In this document: positions 45,831 through 59,095 of the stretch, in pieces | How positions within the stretch are numbered: position 1 is the first letter of the stretch | Layout: every line of letters begins with the position of its first letter | Assembly (NCBI GenBank): GCA_965233585.1 | Contig: CBDDTI010000295.1 | Coordinates: 32,001-96,000, forward strand | DNA length: 64,000 nucleotides | DNA from: a bacterium | GTDB taxonomy: Bacteria > SAR324 > NAC60-12 | Direction of reading: 5' to 3' | Made by a program: the position numbers and the translations under genes | The notes under the pieces: generated by a model | What the model was told of the DNA's origin: nothing | Seen by the model: only the letters and a program-made list of their open reading frames with translations | The model's database searches: none

Positions 45831-48377
45831 TCAAATCAACCAATTTTCGCCAATTCCGATTTCTATTTTTAAGGGAACTTCTAAGAAGATGACATGTTCC
45901 ATGTCTTGTTGAATCAAGGCACAAAGCTCCTGTTGTTCTTCTTTTGGAACATCAAACACTAGCTCATCATGTACAGACAACACCATTTGGGATTGCATCT
46001 TTTTTTGTTGCAAATGGCGGTCAATGTTGACCATCGCCAGTTTGATGATTTCAGCAGCAGAGCCTTGAATGGGGGTGTTGATTGCCGCACCTTCAGCCGC
46101 ACTTTTAGCAAGTCCTTCTCCTTGAATGGCAGGCAAATAACGTCTTCTTCCCATCAAGGTCTGAGCATAGTTTTCTTTGCGGGCAAAGTTTAAAAGCTCT
46201 TCTTGCAAAATGTGAATGCAAGCATATTTTTCAAAAAACTTAGCAATGAAGTCTTTTGCTTGGTCTTTGGAGGTATTGGAGACGTTTGAGAGTTTGTCAG
46301 CCCCCATGCGATAAATGAGACCAAAGTTGACTTCTTTGGCTTTTGACCTCATCTGCCTTGTGACGCCCTCTAATGGAACATTGAAAATGGTTGAGGCTGT
46401 GATGGCATGAATGTCCTCATCGTTACGAAATGCTTGCAAAAACGTTGGGTCTTTGGAAAAGTGAGCGGCAACTCTTAATTCAATTTGACTGTAATCTGCC
46501 TTGATTAAAAGATGGTCTTTGGAAGAAGGTATAAAAAATTGTCTGATCCTTCGCCCATGTTCTGTGCGGATTGGAATATTTTGCAAATTAGGGTGGTCAG
46601 AGGCTAAGCGTCCTGTGGCAGTGGCAGTTTGCTTGAATGAGGAATGAATCCGACCTGTCTGGCTGGCAAACTTTGGCAGTGGCAAGACGTAAGTGTTTTG
46701 AAGTTTAGACAACTCACGGTATTTCAAGAGTAATTGAGGCAGTTCCAGTTGTTGCATTTTGGCAAGGGTTTCTTCATCAGTTGACATGCCATTGCCTGTT
46801 TTAATTTTTTTAGGCTTAATTTGACACTTTTTGTGAAGTTCCAGCTTGTCATAAAGAATTTTCTGCAACTCAACAATAGAATTGATGTTAAAAATCTCTC
46901 CTGATGCTTGGTAGATTTTGGCTGTCAGTGTGTCAAGTTCTGTTGCAAGCTCTTTGGCATATTCTTGACAGGATTCTTGATTGAAACAAACCCCAACTTG
47001 CTCCATTTTTGACAGCACACGGACAAGAGGAAACTCCAAAGTCTCATACAAATCCACTGCACCAATCACTTGGAAACGTTCTTTGAAAAAAGGCGCAAGT
47101 TGCCAAAGCTGTTGAATGTATTGATGCCCAGCATGCTCCACTTTAGGGAGGTCATTTGTCTGTGAGGTGAGATGAGCTACCAGCTGCACGTCAAACAAGT
47201 CAACCTGTTGCCAGTCTATCTCAAAATGCTGTAAGCCACGATAAAGCTCTTTGGCATCTTTGACAATAACCTGACGAGAACCATCAAAGCATCGTCCAAA
47301 AAACGACACTAATTGCTCTTTGGAAAAATCCTTAAACCCAATGTCGCACACTTGATTTGATTGGTAGCAAACCGAAACACCTGACACCGCATCTGAATCA
47401 GTACAATAGTTGAGACTGATTGCAAAATTTTTGACGACTTGTAGTAATTCATCAAGCTGTTTGAGAGTTTCAACAGCAATCACCTCTGTTTGTTCAGAAA
47501 CAACAGGTTTGGTTTTTTTCAGTGAGAATTGTTTCAACAAAGAGGGGAACTCTAACTCCTCTAAAATTCCAATCAATTCGTCATTGCCTTCTAGGAGTGT
47601 TGGGTCAAACTGCATGGCGTCCCAGTCAAAATCAATAGGGACATCACGTCTGATGGTGGCTAATTTCTGTGAAAGCCAAGCATTGTCTTGGGAGCGGATT
47701 AAATTCTCTTGAACCCTTTTCTGTCGGATTGCACTGATGTTGTCATAAATACCTTGCATTGAACCATACTCTGCCAGCAGCTTTTTTGCAGTTTTTTCAC
47801 CAATGCCTGCTACACCGGGAATGTTATCGGAGCTATCACCTATCAAACCAAGTGCATCAGGAACGTATTGAGGGCTACAACCAAATTTTTCAAAAACTGC
47901 CTCTTGGTCTAGCAAATCACCTGCTGAATTGAGAATGCGGGTAGTGTCAGAAACAAGTTGCAAGTAGTCTTTGTCATTGGTCAAGATGATGGTTTCCATT
48001 GTTTTTTGTTCTGCAAGGCTTGAAAGTGAGCCGATGATGTCATCAGCTTCCCAGCCGATTTGAGTCCAATAGGGAATGTCTAGGCTTTTTGCAAAACGTT
48101 TCAAGTATGGGAATTGGGCAATCAAATCTTCAGGAGTCTGCTGACGTGTCGCCTTGTATTGCGGGAAGATTTCATGCCTAAAAGTAGGTTCTGGCAAATC
48201 TGATGCCAGTGCAAAGTAGTCTGGTTTTTCTTTTTTAAGTAGGGTTAAGATTTGTTTAAAAAATCCATGCAAGGCACTGACGTTCATGCCTTTAGAATTG
48301 ATCAAAGGTCGGTGAATCAAGGCAAAATGATGACGATAGAGCAGTGCCATGCAATCTACTGCAAACAAACGTCTCAT
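45831..48377 (-). CDS. polA: DNA polymerase I (3'-5' exonuclease domain short and apparently degenerate)
   Basis: 5' nuclease EADD and GDSSDNIPGV; polymerase TATGRL, ADYSQIELR, RSKAKEVNFGLIY and VHDE. Confidence 0.95.
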   Translation of the reverse strand: MRRLFAVDCMALLYRHHFALIHRPLINSKGMNVSALHGFFKQILTLLKKEKPDYFALASDLPEPTFRHEIFPQYKATRQQTPEDLIAQFPYLKRFAKSLDIPYWTQIGWEADDIIGSLSSLAEQKTMETIILTNDKDYLQLVSDTTRILNSAGDLLDQEAVFEKFGCSPQYVPDALGLIGDSSDNIPGVAGIGEKTAKKLLAEYGSMQGIYDNISAIRQKRVQENLIRSQDNAWLSQKLATIRRDVPIDFDWDAMQFDPTLLEGNDELIGILEELEFPSLLKQFSLKKTKPVVSEQTEVIAVETLKQLDELLQVVKNFAISLNYCTDSDAVSGVSVCYQSNQVCDIGFKDFSKEQLVSFFGRCFDGSRQVIVKDAKELYRGLQHFEIDWQQVDLFDVQLVAHLTSQTNDLPKVEHAGHQYIQQLWQLAPFFKERFQVIGAVDLYETLEFPLVRVLSKMEQVGVCFNQESCQEYAKELATELDTLTAKIYQASGEIFNINSIVELQKILYDKLELHKKCQIKPKKIKTGNGMSTDEETLAKMQQLELPQLLLKYRELSKLQNTYVLPLPKFASQTGRIHSSFKQTATATGRLASDHPNLQNIPIRTEHGRRIRQFFIPSSKDHLLIKADYSQIELRVAAHFSKDPTFLQAFRNDEDIHAITASTIFNVPLEGVTRQMRSKAKEVNFGLIYRMGADKLSNVSNTSKDQAKDFIAKFFEKYACIHILQEELLNFARKENYAQTLMGRRRYLPAIQGEGLAKSAAEGAAINTPIQGSAAEIIKLAMVNIDRHLQQKKMQSQMVLSVHDELVFDVPKEEQQELCALIQQDMEHVIFLEVPLKIEIGIGENWLI

Positions 48378-49207
48378 GCCCCAACCTCAAGGTAAGACTT
48401 AAGAAAAACCAAAATCGTCTGGCTAAACTTAGGACCGCGTCTGAAGAAGAATTGTTGAGCTTGGGAATACTCCAACATCTCTGCTTTTCCTTGCAAAATG
48501 AGTTCTCCGTTGGAATCACGTTGCGGCTTGGTCTTTTTGCCACTGACAAAAATGACAGCCTCAAAGTCAATCGCTTCAATGTCAATGATGAGTCTTGATG
48601 CAGCTAGGGTCAAAGGAAGGTGAAAGGCACGTTCTACAAAATGGAATCCCACAAACTCTGCAACAGCCTGAATGTCACTTTCAGACATGTTCACAGCATA
48701 AGTCATCATGTCTTGGCGGAATTGCTCAAACAATGGTCCTTTTCTCTTGAGGTATTTTAAAGGGATTGATTGTGTTTCAGAATATTTGACAACCATGTCC
48801 TGGAACAAATCAAAGAAGCTCCGACCACCCAAAACGGGTTCATACTGCAAAAATTGTGAGATAAAATCATTGACAATGGCACGTCCTCTTTTCAACCTCT
48901 GTAAACTTTCAACACGAACGGTGAGACGGTCTAGTTCTGCCAGCAATGCTTTGTTTTGTTCTTCAAGAGACTGCCGAGCCACGTCACCGCTTTCTATCAG
49001 CTGTTGAAGCTTTGTTACTTCAATATTGTCTGGTTCAGAAGTTTCAGGTTCAGAGTTGAAAGCAGGTTGCTGTTTGGAAATTTGGACTTCAAGGGCTTGA
49101 ATTTGACGTTGCTTCCACTGGGAATAAAGCCAATACGAGCCAAAAGCAAAAGTGACCAGTAAAATCAGCAGGAGTGAGACCCAACGAAAAGTGGTAGAAT
49201 CAGACAT
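48374..49207 (-). CDS. Hypothetical membrane-anchored coiled-coil protein
   Basis: N-terminal transmembrane helix then coiled coil; overlaps the argG stop and the polA start. Confidence 0.7.
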   Translation of the reverse strand: MSDSTTFRWVSLLLILLVTFAFGSYWLYSQWKQRQIQALEVQISKQQPAFNSEPETSEPDNIEVTKLQQLIESGDVARQSLEEQNKALLAELDRLTVRVESLQRLKRGRAIVNDFISQFLQYEPVLGGRSFFDLFQDMVVKYSETQSIPLKYLKRKGPLFEQFRQDMMTYAVNMSESDIQAVAEFVGFHFVERAFHLPLTLAASRLIIDIEAIDFEAVIFVSGKKTKPQRDSNGELILQGKAEMLEYSQAQQFFFRRGPKFSQTILVFLKSYLEVGA

Positions 49208-50430
49208 CAGCTTTGGTGACGGTTTCGGACGTGATGAATCGTGCGGAGTGGCAAAGCATTTAAGCGAATGAATCCATCAGCATCTTGCGGACAATAATTG
49301 CCCTCATCTGCTTCCATCGTTGCAATGTCTTCATCATACAAGCTATTTGGAGATTGACGACCTGTGACGTAACACCCCCCACGATAAAGCTCAAGACGCA
49401 CTGTACCTGACACTTGCTTTTGAGTCTCTTTGACCATTGACAACAAAACTTCCATTTCAGGCGAGAACCAAAAACCATCGTAAACTAATTTTGCAAAACG
49501 AGGCATCAAGGTATCTTTCAAATTGATTACACCACGGTCTAAGGTAATAGATTCCATGGCACGATGAGCTACATGTAAAATAGTGCCTCCGGGCGTTTCG
49601 TAAACTCCACGTGATTTCATTCCAACAAAACGAGACTCTACCAAATCCATTCTGCCCACACCATGCCGACCACCTAAATCATTCAAACGATGTAATAATT
49701 GAGCAGGTGACAGAGGTTCTCCATTGACTTTAACAGGCACACCTTCTTGAAAATCAATCAGAAGCTCTTCACGTTCATCAGGAGCGTCCCAAGCAGATTG
49801 AGTCAGCTCAAACATGTTTTGTTGTGGTGCAGTCCAGGGGTCTTCTAACATGCCTGATTCAAAGCTGATGTGCATCAAATTTTCATCAGAACTCCAAGGG
49901 CGTTCAAGTGATGCCTGAATTTTTAAATCATGCCGTTCAGCATATTCAATCAATTCTTTTCTGCCGGGATATTTTTGATAAAAGTCTGGAATTTTCCAAG
50001 GTGCAACAACTTTGATCTGTGGTTGCAGTGCGTAATAGCTTAACTCAAAGCGGACTTGATCGTTGCCCTTGCCTGTTGCTCCATGACCTACAAAGGTTGC
50101 CCCTTCCTGCTGTGCAACTTCAATCTGTTTTTTAGCAATCAAAGGACGAGCCAAAGACGTTCCCAGCAAATAGCAACCCTCATACATGGCATTCCACTGA
50201 ATAGCAGGAAAGACGTAGTCTTTGACAAACTCTTCTTCTGCCTTTTCAACCATGACCTTTGAAGCCCCTGCACGTTTTCCACGCCTTGAAATCTCCTCTA
50301 AATCGTCAATTTTCTGTCCCAAATCCACACATACGGCAATCACTTCATAACCTTGCGAAGCCAGCCAATGTGTCAGAACTGAGGTGTCTAAACCGCCTGA
50401 ATAGGCTAATGCTAATTTCCCTTGACTCAT
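49207..50430 (-). CDS. argG: Argininosuccinate synthase
   Basis: LAYSGGLDTS, LGTSLARP, HGATGKGNDQVRF and KSRGVYETPG; start MSQGK after GGAG. Confidence 0.96.
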   Translation of the reverse strand: MSQGKLALAYSGGLDTSVLTHWLASQGYEVIAVCVDLGQKIDDLEEISRRGKRAGASKVMVEKAEEEFVKDYVFPAIQWNAMYEGCYLLGTSLARPLIAKKQIEVAQQEGATFVGHGATGKGNDQVRFELSYYALQPQIKVVAPWKIPDFYQKYPGRKELIEYAERHDLKIQASLERPWSSDENLMHISFESGMLEDPWTAPQQNMFELTQSAWDAPDEREELLIDFQEGVPVKVNGEPLSPAQLLHRLNDLGGRHGVGRMDLVESRFVGMKSRGVYETPGGTILHVAHRAMESITLDRGVINLKDTLMPRFAKLVYDGFWFSPEMEVLLSMVKETQKQVSGTVRLELYRGGCYVTGRQSPNSLYDEDIATMEADEGNYCPQDADGFIRLNALPLRTIHHVRNRHQS

Positions 50431-50591
50431 GTTTTCTTCTCCAAATTTTTGATAAAAATCAACCAGTCTATCACTCTTGCAAGAGTTTGAATATAGGATT
50501 TCAAACTCCAAATGCACTTCAGTCAAACAAACTTCCAAAAGACTCTATCTTCGGTTTTGAGTTTTGAAAAAAGATTTTTTCCATGAATGAC

Positions 50592-50620
50592 TTGTCTTTT
50601 AAAAAAATAAGTGCCATACT
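50592..50620 (+). promoter_or_regulatory. Candidate rpoB promoter
   Basis: TTGTCT-N17-CATACT with a TG extended -10. Confidence 0.45.
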
Positions 50621-50790
50621 AGAGGGTTTTGGTTTCTATGGCAAATTTCTGTGCTGCTCCCCTTTTTTTCAAAATTTTTGAGTCTTCCTTTGGTCTTCAT
50701 CAATTCTCTGACATGTTCTGAATTTGGGGAGGTCTCCCTTGCCAGCAAAGAAAGCCTCTTTTTTTAACTTTATGTTTAGGATTAGATAGT

Positions 50791-53700
50791 ATGAGCGTGA
50801 GCTTTAAGAATAGACATCGTTTCCGCAATTCATTTGGAAATATCTCTACTTCTCTGGAGATGCCCCATTTGCTGAATCTTCAAACTGAATCGTATCAACA
50901 ATTTTTACAACCTGACGTTCCCCCCACAGAAAGGAAAAGACAAGGTCTTGAGCAGGTCTTTCAAAGCATTTTTCCAATCAAAGACGTCAGTGAGACATGT
51001 ATCTTGGATTATCGTCACTACACCTTGGGTAAGCCTAAATACCATGCCAAGCAGTCTCGCACCAGAAGCGTCAGCTATTCTGCTCCTTTACGTGTGACTT
51101 TAAGACTTATCACGATGGACAAGAACAATGCAGGAGTGATTCAAGACATCAAAGAACAAGAGCTTTATTTTGGAGACATTCCCTTGATGACAGACACAGG
51201 GTCGTTCATTATCAATGGAACAGAACGTGTGATTGTAAGCCAAATGCACAAGAGTCCAGGAATCTTCTTTGCCCAAGAAAAATTACAGGCAGGTTCTACA
51301 AAACTTGCTTACACTGCAAGGATTATCCCCCAAAGAGGTTCTTGGATTGACTTCCAATACGATTCTAAGGAAATTTTTGCACGCATTGACCGACGACGTA
51401 AATTTCCTGCCACTGTTCTTCTACGTGCTATGGGGTATGAAGAACCAGAATTGTTAAGGAGATTTTATGAGATAGATGAGATTTTTTTGCAAGACGCTCA
51501 TGGTCTCCCTAAAGAAGAGCAAAAATTTTTTAAAAAATTAAACCCAAAAACCCTACTGGGTCAACGAGCCTCTGCAGACATTACGTCACCAGATGGTTCA
51601 ACTGTCTATGTCCGAGAAGGTCGCAAGATTACAAATAAGGCATTGTCTCAAATGCAAAGTAATCAACTTGAAAGGGTGCCAGCGCAGTATAATGACATCA
51701 TCAACCTCTATACGCTCAGAGACATTTTTGACACGGAAGGCAAAGTGATTGTCAAAGGAAATACGCAAATTGGTGAAGAAGGACTTGAGAATCTGCTTGA
51801 GGCAGAAGTCAAAACAATAGAGGTGCTGTACATCAACCCCAAAATAGGTCCTGCCATGAGGGACACTCTTGCCTCTGATAAAATTGGCAGTATTGATATT
51901 GCTTTGCTGGATTTATACAAGAAGCTCAAACCCGGAGACCTTCCCACCATTGAAGCCTCTAAAAAACATTTAGAGACCCTGTTCTTTGACGACAGTCGCT
52001 ACAATCTTTCACGCGTCGGTCGTATGAAACTGAATGACAAACTTGGTCTTAAGTACGATTTAAGTGACACTGTTTTGCACCATGATGATATTTTTGCAAC
52101 ACTTCATTATCTGATGTCTCTGAATGATTCAGGCATCATTGATGACATTGACCATTTAGGCAATAGGCGTGTGAGAAGTGTGGGGGAATTGCTGGAAAAT
52201 CAATGCCGTATCGGACTGGCTCAAATGCAACGCACTGTCAAAGAAAGAATGAGTTTGCAAGAAAATGAAATCATGCTTTCAAACCTCATCAATGGCAAGC
52301 CACTGTCTGCAGCGTTACACGACTTTTTTAGTGGAAGTCAACTTTCTCAATTCATGGACCAAACCAACCCTCTTTCTGAAATCACTCACAAAAGACGATT
52401 GAGTGCTTTGGGTCCGGGTGGTTTAACACGGGAGAGAGCAGGTTTTGATGTGCGAGATGTGCATGCTTCACACTATGGTCGGATTTGCCCCATTGAAACC
52501 CCAGAAGGACCAAACATTGGATTGATTGCATCACTTGCCACTTACGCACGAGTCAATCCATTAGGATTTATTGAGACTCCATATCGCAAAGTGATAGAAG
52601 GCACAATTTCTGATGAAAGTCCAGAATATTTGACTGCCACACAAGAAGACCAACACTTTACTGCACAAGCCAACGCCCCGATTGACGAAGAAAGAAATCT
52701 GGTCAATCAGATGGTTTCTTCCAGAAAAGCAGGGAGCTATTCCATGATTCCCAAAAATCAAGTTGAATACATTGACACCGTTCCTTGTCAATTAGTTTCT
52801 GTGGCAGCATCATTGATTCCTTTTTTAGAACATGATGATGCTAACCGTGCTTTGATGGGGTCAAACATGCAGAGACAAGGTGTTCCGTTAGTCAGGACAG
52901 AAGCTCCTCTTGTTGGAACAGGAATTGAGTATAAAGTTGCAACAGACTCAGGCTCTTGTGTTGTTGCCAAACGTGCAGGTGTTGTGGAAAGTGTGGATTC
53001 TTCCCGTGTTGTTGTTCGTGTGGATTTTGACAAAAAAAGTAGAGATGAAAGTTACGAATTTTCAGACCTTGTTGACATTTATTATCTCACCAAGTTTGCA
53101 CGTTCTAACCAAAACACATGTATCAATCAACGTCCCATTATCAAACAAGGTGATTATGTCAAAGTAGGTGATGTCATTGCTGATGGACAGAGTTCAGAAC
53201 AAGGCGAGCTAGCATTGGGGCAAAATGTCTTGATTGCCTTTATGCCGTGGAATGGATTCAATTTTGAAGACTCCATCATGGTCTCCGAACGCCTGGTGCA
53301 TGAAGACTACTACACTTCTGTTCATATTGAAGTCCACGATGCCGATGCAAGGGATACCAAACTTGGCAGAGAAGAGATCACTTGCGATATTCCAAATGTT
53401 TCTGAAGAAGCAACAAAAAACCTTGATGAAAGTGGAATCGTCAGGATTGGTAGCTACGTCAAAGGGGGGGACATTCTTGTTGGTAAGGTTACCCCTAAGG
53501 GTGAGGCACAACCAACACCTGAAGAAAAATTACTTCGTGCTATTTTTGGCGATAAAGCAGGAGACGTTAGAGATACTTCTGTCAGACTACCCAGAAGTGC
53601 AGAAGGGGTCGTTACCGACGTCGTTGTCTTTAACCGTGAAGGTGTGGAAAGAGACCAACGTTCTAAAGAAATTGAACAAGAACAGTTGCGTCAGTATAAG

Positions 53701-54960
53701 CAAGATTATCACGATGAGTTGAAAATCATTCACCGTAACTTGTTGGAAGTCACTAAGTTTTTAATCGGTTGCAAACTTCAACAGGACATAGTTTCAGAAT
53801 ATGAAGAAACTCTTGCATCACAAGGAGACAAAATCACCCAAGAGCTTTTAGAAAGCATTGTCTTTGCTAAAGAGAATCAAGACAATTCATCAATGACAGC
53901 ATGGGAGTCTGTTCAAATTAAAAATGAGGAGTCAAACGAAAAACTTCAGGTCATTTTGGAAAGTCTCACGTCACAACGAGCATTATTGAAAAATGTGTTT
54001 GAGGATAAGTGTGAAAAAGTGGCAAAAGGTGATGACTTAAAGCCCGGTGTCATTCGCACCATCAAGGTTTATGTGGCAACAAAACGCAAACTATCGGTTG
54101 GCGATAAGATGGCAGGAAGGCATGGAAACAAAGGGGTTGTTTCAAAAATCCAACTACTTGCCAATATGCCTTATATGGAAGACGGAACTCCTATTGATAT
54201 TGTCTTAAATCCTTTGGGTGTGCCATCTCGTATGAATGTCGGGCAGGTGCTTGAAACTCATTTAGGCTGGGCTGCCAGAGAATTGGGACAGCAACTTCAA
54301 AAATTCGTTCAAGACAATCACCCCGTCAACCAAATCAAAAAGTTTATGAAAGATATTTATAGCTCCCCTCAAATGGACGACTATTTAAAACAGATGTCAG
54401 ACCAAGACTTTGTGGAGTTTGCCAAAAAATATTTCAAAGGTGTTCACATGGCAACTCCTGTTTTTGACGGAGCGCATGAAGAAGATATTCACAGGATGCT
54501 AGACCTTGCAGGTCTGCCCCGTTCAGGACAGACCAGACTTTATGATGGGCTGACAGGTGAACCTTTTGACCAGAAGGTTACGGTGGGCTGTGCCTACATT
54601 CTCAAACTCCATCATTTAGTTGATGAAAAAATTCATGCACGTTCTATCGGTCCCTATTCTCTTATCACCCAACAACCTCTTGGGGGTAAGGCTCAATTTG
54701 GGGGACAACGATTTGGTGAGATGGAGGTTTGGGCATTGGAAGCGTACGGTGCGGCTCACACACTCAAAGAGCTTTTGACAGTCAAATCTGATGATGTGCA
54801 AGGACGTAATAAAACCTATGAGGCGATTGTCAAAGGTCGGCATCACGTAGAGACAGGACTACCTGAAGCCTTTAAGGTTTTGAGCAGTGAGCTTAAAAGT
54901 TTAAGTCTCAATGTGGAATTGATAGATGAAGAAGAAATGGAACCCAGTCTTGAAGACTAA
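50791..54960 (+). CDS. rpoB: RNA polymerase beta subunit
   Basis: [38 protein letters not shown] and GGQRFGEME. Confidence 0.99.
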   Translation: MSVSFKNRHRFRNSFGNISTSLEMPHLLNLQTESYQQFLQPDVPPTERKRQGLEQVFQSIFPIKDVSETCILDYRHYTLGKPKYHAKQSRTRSVSYSAPLRVTLRLITMDKNNAGVIQDIKEQELYFGDIPLMTDTGSFIINGTERVIVSQMHKSPGIFFAQEKLQAGSTKLAYTARIIPQRGSWIDFQYDSKEIFARIDRRRKFPATVLLRAMGYEEPELLRRFYEIDEIFLQDAHGLPKEEQKFFKKLNPKTLLGQRASADITSPDGSTVYVREGRKITNKALSQMQSNQLERVPAQYNDIINLYTLRDIFDTEGKVIVKGNTQIGEEGLENLLEAEVKTIEVLYINPKIGPAMRDTLASDKIGSIDIALLDLYKKLKPGDLPTIEASKKHLETLFFDDSRYNLSRVGRMKLNDKLGLKYDLSDTVLHHDDIFATLHYLMSLNDSGIIDDIDHLGNRRVRSVGELLENQCRIGLAQMQRTVKERMSLQENEIMLSNLINGKPLSAALHDFFSGSQLSQFMDQTNPLSEITHKRRLSALGPGGLTRERAGFDVRDVHASHYGRICPIETPEGPNIGLIASLATYARVNPLGFIETPYRKVIEGTISDESPEYLTATQEDQHFTAQANAPIDEERNLVNQMVSSRKAGSYSMIPKNQVEYIDTVPCQLVSVAASLIPFLEHDDANRALMGSNMQRQGVPLVRTEAPLVGTGIEYKVATDSGSCVVAKRAGVVESVDSSRVVVRVDFDKKSRDESYEFSDLVDIYYLTKFARSNQNTCINQRPIIKQGDYVKVGDVIADGQSSEQGELALGQNVLIAFMPWNGFNFEDSIMVSERLVHEDYYTSVHIEVHDADARDTKLGREEITCDIPNVSEEATKNLDESGIVRIGSYVKGGDILVGKVTPKGEAQPTPEEKLLRAIFGDKAGDVRDTSVRLPRSAEGVVTDVVVFNREGVERDQRSKEIEQEQLRQYKQDYHDELKIIHRNLLEVTKFLIGCKLQQDIVSEYEETLASQGDKITQELLESIVFAKENQDNSSMTAWESVQIKNEESNEKLQVILESLTSQRALLKNVFEDKCEKVAKGDDLKPGVIRTIKVYVATKRKLSVGDKMAGRHGNKGVVSKIQLLANMPYMEDGTPIDIVLNPLGVPSRMNVGQVLETHLGWAARELGQQLQKFVQDNHPVNQIKKFMKDIYSSPQMDDYLKQMSDQDFVEFAKKYFKGVHMATPVFDGAHEEDIHRMLDLAGLPRSGQTRLYDGLTGEPFDQKVTVGCAYILKLHHLVDEKIHARSIGPYSLITQQPLGGKAQFGGQRFGEMEVWALEAYGAAHTLKELLTVKSDDVQGRNKTYEAIVKGRHHVETGLPEAFKVLSSELKSLSLNVELIDEEEMEPSLED

Positions 54961-55003
54961 GGTTTTTCAAAAATAATAACACTCAAAAGCAAATAGGAAG
55001 CCT

Positions 55004-58000
55004 GTGGATACGAATCTTTTTGAACAAGAACATGCTACAAAAAGCAAGGCGTTACAGATCAAAGTTGCAACAACTGATGACGTCTTGTCTTGGTCTCATG
55101 GTGAAATCAAAACTTCTGAAACAATCAATTATCGTACATTAAAGCCTGAACGAGATGGGTTGTTTTGTGCAAAAATCTTTGGTCCTACACAAGACTATGA
55201 ATGTAATTGTGGCAAATACAAACGTATGAAACACAGAGGCATCACCTGTGAGAAGTGCGGAGTAGAAGTGATTTCATCAAAAGTCAGACGAGAACGTATG
55301 GGACACATCAAGTTGGCAAGCCCTGTGTCTCATATCTGGTTTTTAAAAGGAGTTCCAAGCCGTATTGGAACACTCTTGGATATGACTATGCGTGATTTAG
55401 AGGAGATTCTTTACTTCAAAGCCTACATTGTGGTCAACCCAGGAAGCTCTCCCTTCAAGGAACGAGAGATTGTTGATGAGTCAAAATACTATGAATTTTC
55501 AGAGCAATATCCTGATTTAGAATTGGGAATTGGTGCAGAGGCAATCCAAGTCTTACTGAAAAATTTAGACATTGATGAGTTACATGAATATCTCAGCATG
55601 GATTTGGCAGAAGCCTCATCAGAAGTTAGAAGAAAGCGAATTGTGAAACGTCTGAACATTGTCACTTATCTCAAAGAGTCCAATTCTGCCCCAGAGGCGA
55701 TGATTTTAGAAGTCTTGCCTGTCTTACCCCCAGAGTTAAGACCACTTGTTCCACTAGAAGGTGGACGCTTTGCCACCAGTGACTTGAACGATTTATACAG
55801 ACGGGTCATTCATCGCAACAATCGCCTCAAGAGGCTCAAAGACCTCCGCGCTCCCATCATCATTGTTAAAAATGAGCAACGTATGTTACAAGAAGCTGTT
55901 GATGCTCTTTTAGACAATGGAAGACGAGGCTACCCCATCTTAGGCTCAAACAAACGTCCCCTTAAATCGTTGAGCGATATGCTCAAGGGTAAGCAAGGAA
56001 GGTTCAGGCAGAATCTGCTTGGAAAACGTGTGGACTATTCAGGCAGGACTGTTATCGTTGTTGGTCCTGATATGAAGTTGCATCAATGCGGACTACCTAA
56101 AAAAATGGCTCTTGAACTCTTCAAACCATTCATCTATCACAGACTCATTGACAATGACAAAGTCACCAGCATCAAGCAAGCCAAACAACTTTTGGAAAAT
56201 AATGCCCCCGAAGTTTGGGATATTTTAGAAAAAGTCATCATTGACCACCCTATTTTGTTGAACCGCGCACCAACACTACATAGGCTGGGAATCCAAGCAT
56301 TTGAACCTGTTTTGATTGAAGGCAAGGCAATCCAACTGCATCCGCTAGTCTGCACTGCCTTTAATGCCGACTTTGACGGAGACCAAATGGCAGTGCATGT
56401 TCCACTTTCCATTGAAGCACAACTTGAGGCAAAAATCCTCATCATGTCCACAAACAACCTCTTGTCCCCTGCCAATGGCAAGCCGCTTATGTCTCCAAGT
56501 CAAGATATTGTTTTGGGAATGTACTGGATCACCACCGAGCAAGATGATTTAATCGGTCATGGAAAATGCTTTGCCAATTTTGACCAAGTGTCTGCTGCAT
56601 ACGATCATCAAAAAGTAGAGCTTCATACCAAAATCAAGGTGCGAATGGATGGTCAACTCACAGAAACCACTGTTGGTAGAATCTTACTTTTTCAAATCAT
56701 TCCACCAGAAATTCCTTTCAGCTTAGTCAATCGTCAGCTGAACAAAAAACGTCTGGGCAATTTGATTGATATGGTTTATCGGCAAGTGGGAAGTGTCCGA
56801 ACAGTCAAACTGCTTGACGACATTAAAGCTCTTGGATACCGCTATGCAACGACTGCTGGTTTTTCTATCAGTATGGCAGATATGGTCTCGCCTCCCACAA
56901 AAGCGGAGCTTCTCAAGGCGGCTCAAGAAGAAGTAAACAAGGTCAATATTGAGTATCACAACGGTATCATCACAGATGGGGAACGTTACAATCAGGTCAT
57001 TGACGTTTGGGCACGTGTTACAGATAAAGTGGCAGAGGAAATGACCAAAGCCATTCAAAAACCAACTATGGAAGATGGGAAGAGAGTGTTCAATTCTATC
57101 TACATGATGGCAGATTCTGGTGCAAGAGGAAGTCAGCAGCAAATGAAACAGCTTGCAGGAATGCGTGGATTGATGGCAAAGCCATCAGGAGAGATCATTG
57201 AAACCCCCATCACTGCAAACTTTCGTGAAGGGTTGAATGTCTTGCAATACTTCATCTCTACACATGGTGCAAGGAAGGGACTGGCTGACACAGCCCTCAA
57301 GACTGCAAATTCTGGTTACTTGACCAGAAGGCTGGTGGATATTGCCCAAGACTGTGTCATTCTTGAACATGATTGCGGCACACTTGATGGAATTGAAATG
57401 ACTGCCTTGATTGAAGCAGGAGAAATTGTAGAAACTCTGGGTGAACGCATTTTGGGCAGAATCTCACAAGAAGACATTCCAGACCCTGATAACTCTGGTA
57501 GTTATATCATTCGCACAAGCGAAGAGATTACAGAAACGGTTGTTGAACAAATTGAAAAAGCTGGGGTTGAGAGAATCAATATCCGTTCTGCCTTAACTTG
57601 TATCAACGATCATGGTATTTGTCAGCTCTGCTACGGTCGTGATTTGTCACATGGGAGGATTATTAACTTAGGTGAAGCCGTTGGTGTGATTGCCGCACAA
57701 AGTATTGGTGAACCTGGCACACAATTAACCATGAGAACCTTCCACATTGGAGGTGCTGCAAGTCGTCTGGCAGAGCAAAACACTTGGGAGCCACGATTTA
57801 GCGGAATCTTAAAATTTGAAAACCTTAAAGAAGTTCGTAACAAAGACAACCAATACGTCGTCTCTGGAAGAAGAGGCTCTGCTTTGATTGTTGATGAACA
57901 GGGAAGGGAGAAAGACCGTCATCCTCTACCCATTGGAGCTGTCTTGCTCAAAGAAGAAGGAGTTCATATTTCACAAGGTGAACGAGTGGCAGAGTGGGAC

Positions 58001-59095
58001 CCGTTCTCTATTCCAATCCTCACAGACATTTCAGGATTTGTGAAATTTAAAGACATTGATGAAAATGAGACAATCAAGGAACAAGTAGATGAAGCCACAG
58101 GTTTAGCAAGGCAAGTCATTCAAGAATCGGCTAACCCTGAAAAACGACCTCATATTCTGATTCGTGATGACTCCGGAAAAGTTTTAAAAAATCAAAATGA
58201 TGCACCTGCAAAGTTTTCTCTTCCAACTAAAGCAGAGTTAGTCGTTGTTGATGGTCAAGAAGTCCATGCAGGGTCTATTCTTGCAAAAATTCCACGAGAA
58301 CTTGCCAAAAACAAAGACATCACAGGGGGTCTCCCACGTGTTGCAGAATTGTTTGAGGCTCGTGTTCCCAAAGACCATGCCATTATCAGTGAAATTGACG
58401 GAGAGGTTGTTTTTGGGAAAGACATTAAGAAAAAACAACGCATTCTGATTAAGCCAGAAGATGAAAAGGGAGAATCCAAAGAATATCTCATCCCACTTGG
58501 AAGGCATATTACAGTGCAAGAAGGTGAATATGTTCGTGCTGGTGAGCCTTTGATTGATGGGTCTCCTAACCCCCATGACATTCTTGCCGTCAAAGGAGCG
58601 AAAGAATTGCAAAAATATCTTGTGGACGAGGTGCAAGAAGTCTATCGTCTGCAAGGAGTGGACATTAATGACAAACACATTGAAGTCATTGTGCGTCAAA
58701 TGTTAAAGCAGGTTTCTATTCAATCTCCGGGTGAGTCTCCTTTGTTGATTGGACAAGTGATTTCAAGAGTCCAATTTAATCAGATGAATCGTGAATTGAG
58801 AGAACAGGGTAAAGAACAAGCAGTGTCTAAACCGATTTTGTTAGGAATTACCAAAGCCTCGCTAAGCACTGATTCCTTCATTTCTGCCGCATCCTTTCAA
58901 GAGACAACCAAAATTTTGACCGATGCTGCGTTGGGGGGTAAATACGACACGTTTAGAGGACTCAAAGAAAATGTCATACTTGGTCGTCTGATTCCTGCAG
59001 GGACAGGATTCCAGCAATTCCAAGATGTGCAGTATCATTTGAAAGAAAAAAAGGACGCTGTTCCTCAGACACAACTTGAGAAGGCAGAAGTATGA
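55004..59095 (+). CDS. rpoC: RNA polymerase beta' subunit
   Basis: NADFDGD active site, zinc finger and [13 protein letters not shown]. Confidence 0.99.
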   Translation: MDTNLFEQEHATKSKALQIKVATTDDVLSWSHGEIKTSETINYRTLKPERDGLFCAKIFGPTQDYECNCGKYKRMKHRGITCEKCGVEVISSKVRRERMGHIKLASPVSHIWFLKGVPSRIGTLLDMTMRDLEEILYFKAYIVVNPGSSPFKEREIVDESKYYEFSEQYPDLELGIGAEAIQVLLKNLDIDELHEYLSMDLAEASSEVRRKRIVKRLNIVTYLKESNSAPEAMILEVLPVLPPELRPLVPLEGGRFATSDLNDLYRRVIHRNNRLKRLKDLRAPIIIVKNEQRMLQEAVDALLDNGRRGYPILGSNKRPLKSLSDMLKGKQGRFRQNLLGKRVDYSGRTVIVVGPDMKLHQCGLPKKMALELFKPFIYHRLIDNDKVTSIKQAKQLLENNAPEVWDILEKVIIDHPILLNRAPTLHRLGIQAFEPVLIEGKAIQLHPLVCTAFNADFDGDQMAVHVPLSIEAQLEAKILIMSTNNLLSPANGKPLMSPSQDIVLGMYWITTEQDDLIGHGKCFANFDQVSAAYDHQKVELHTKIKVRMDGQLTETTVGRILLFQIIPPEIPFSLVNRQLNKKRLGNLIDMVYRQVGSVRTVKLLDDIKALGYRYATTAGFSISMADMVSPPTKAELLKAAQEEVNKVNIEYHNGIITDGERYNQVIDVWARVTDKVAEEMTKAIQKPTMEDGKRVFNSIYMMADSGARGSQQQMKQLAGMRGLMAKPSGEIIETPITANFREGLNVLQYFISTHGARKGLADTALKTANSGYLTRRLVDIAQDCVILEHDCGTLDGIEMTALIEAGEIVETLGERILGRISQEDIPDPDNSGSYIIRTSEEITETVVEQIEKAGVERINIRSALTCINDHGICQLCYGRDLSHGRIINLGEAVGVIAAQSIGEPGTQLTMRTFHIGGAASRLAEQNTWEPRFSGILKFENLKEVRNKDNQYVVSGRRGSALIVDEQGREKDRHPLPIGAVLLKEEGVHISQGERVAEWDPFSIPILTDISGFVKFKDIDENETIKEQVDEATGLARQVIQESANPEKRPHILIRDDSGKVLKNQNDAPAKFSLPTKAELVVVDGQEVHAGSILAKIPRELAKNKDITGGLPRVAELFEARVPKDHAIISEIDGEVVFGKDIKKKQRILIKPEDEKGESKEYLIPLGRHITVQEGEYVRAGEPLIDGSPNPHDILAVKGAKELQKYLVDEVQEVYRLQGVDINDKHIEVIVRQMLKQVSIQSPGESPLLIGQVISRVQFNQMNRELREQGKEQAVSKPILLGITKASLSTDSFISAASFQETTKILTDAALGGKYDTFRGLKENVILGRLIPAGTGFQQFQDVQYHLKEKKDAVPQTQLEKAEV

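Noticed and set aside
46980..47520. Degenerate proofreading domain in PolA as a novelty
   Set aside because: Loss of the 3'-5' exonuclease motifs is common in bacterial Pol I.
52321..52440. Rifampicin-resistance substitutions in RpoB cluster I
   Set aside because: The key Gln, Asp, His and Ser positions read as wild type (SQFMDQ...THKRRLSAL).
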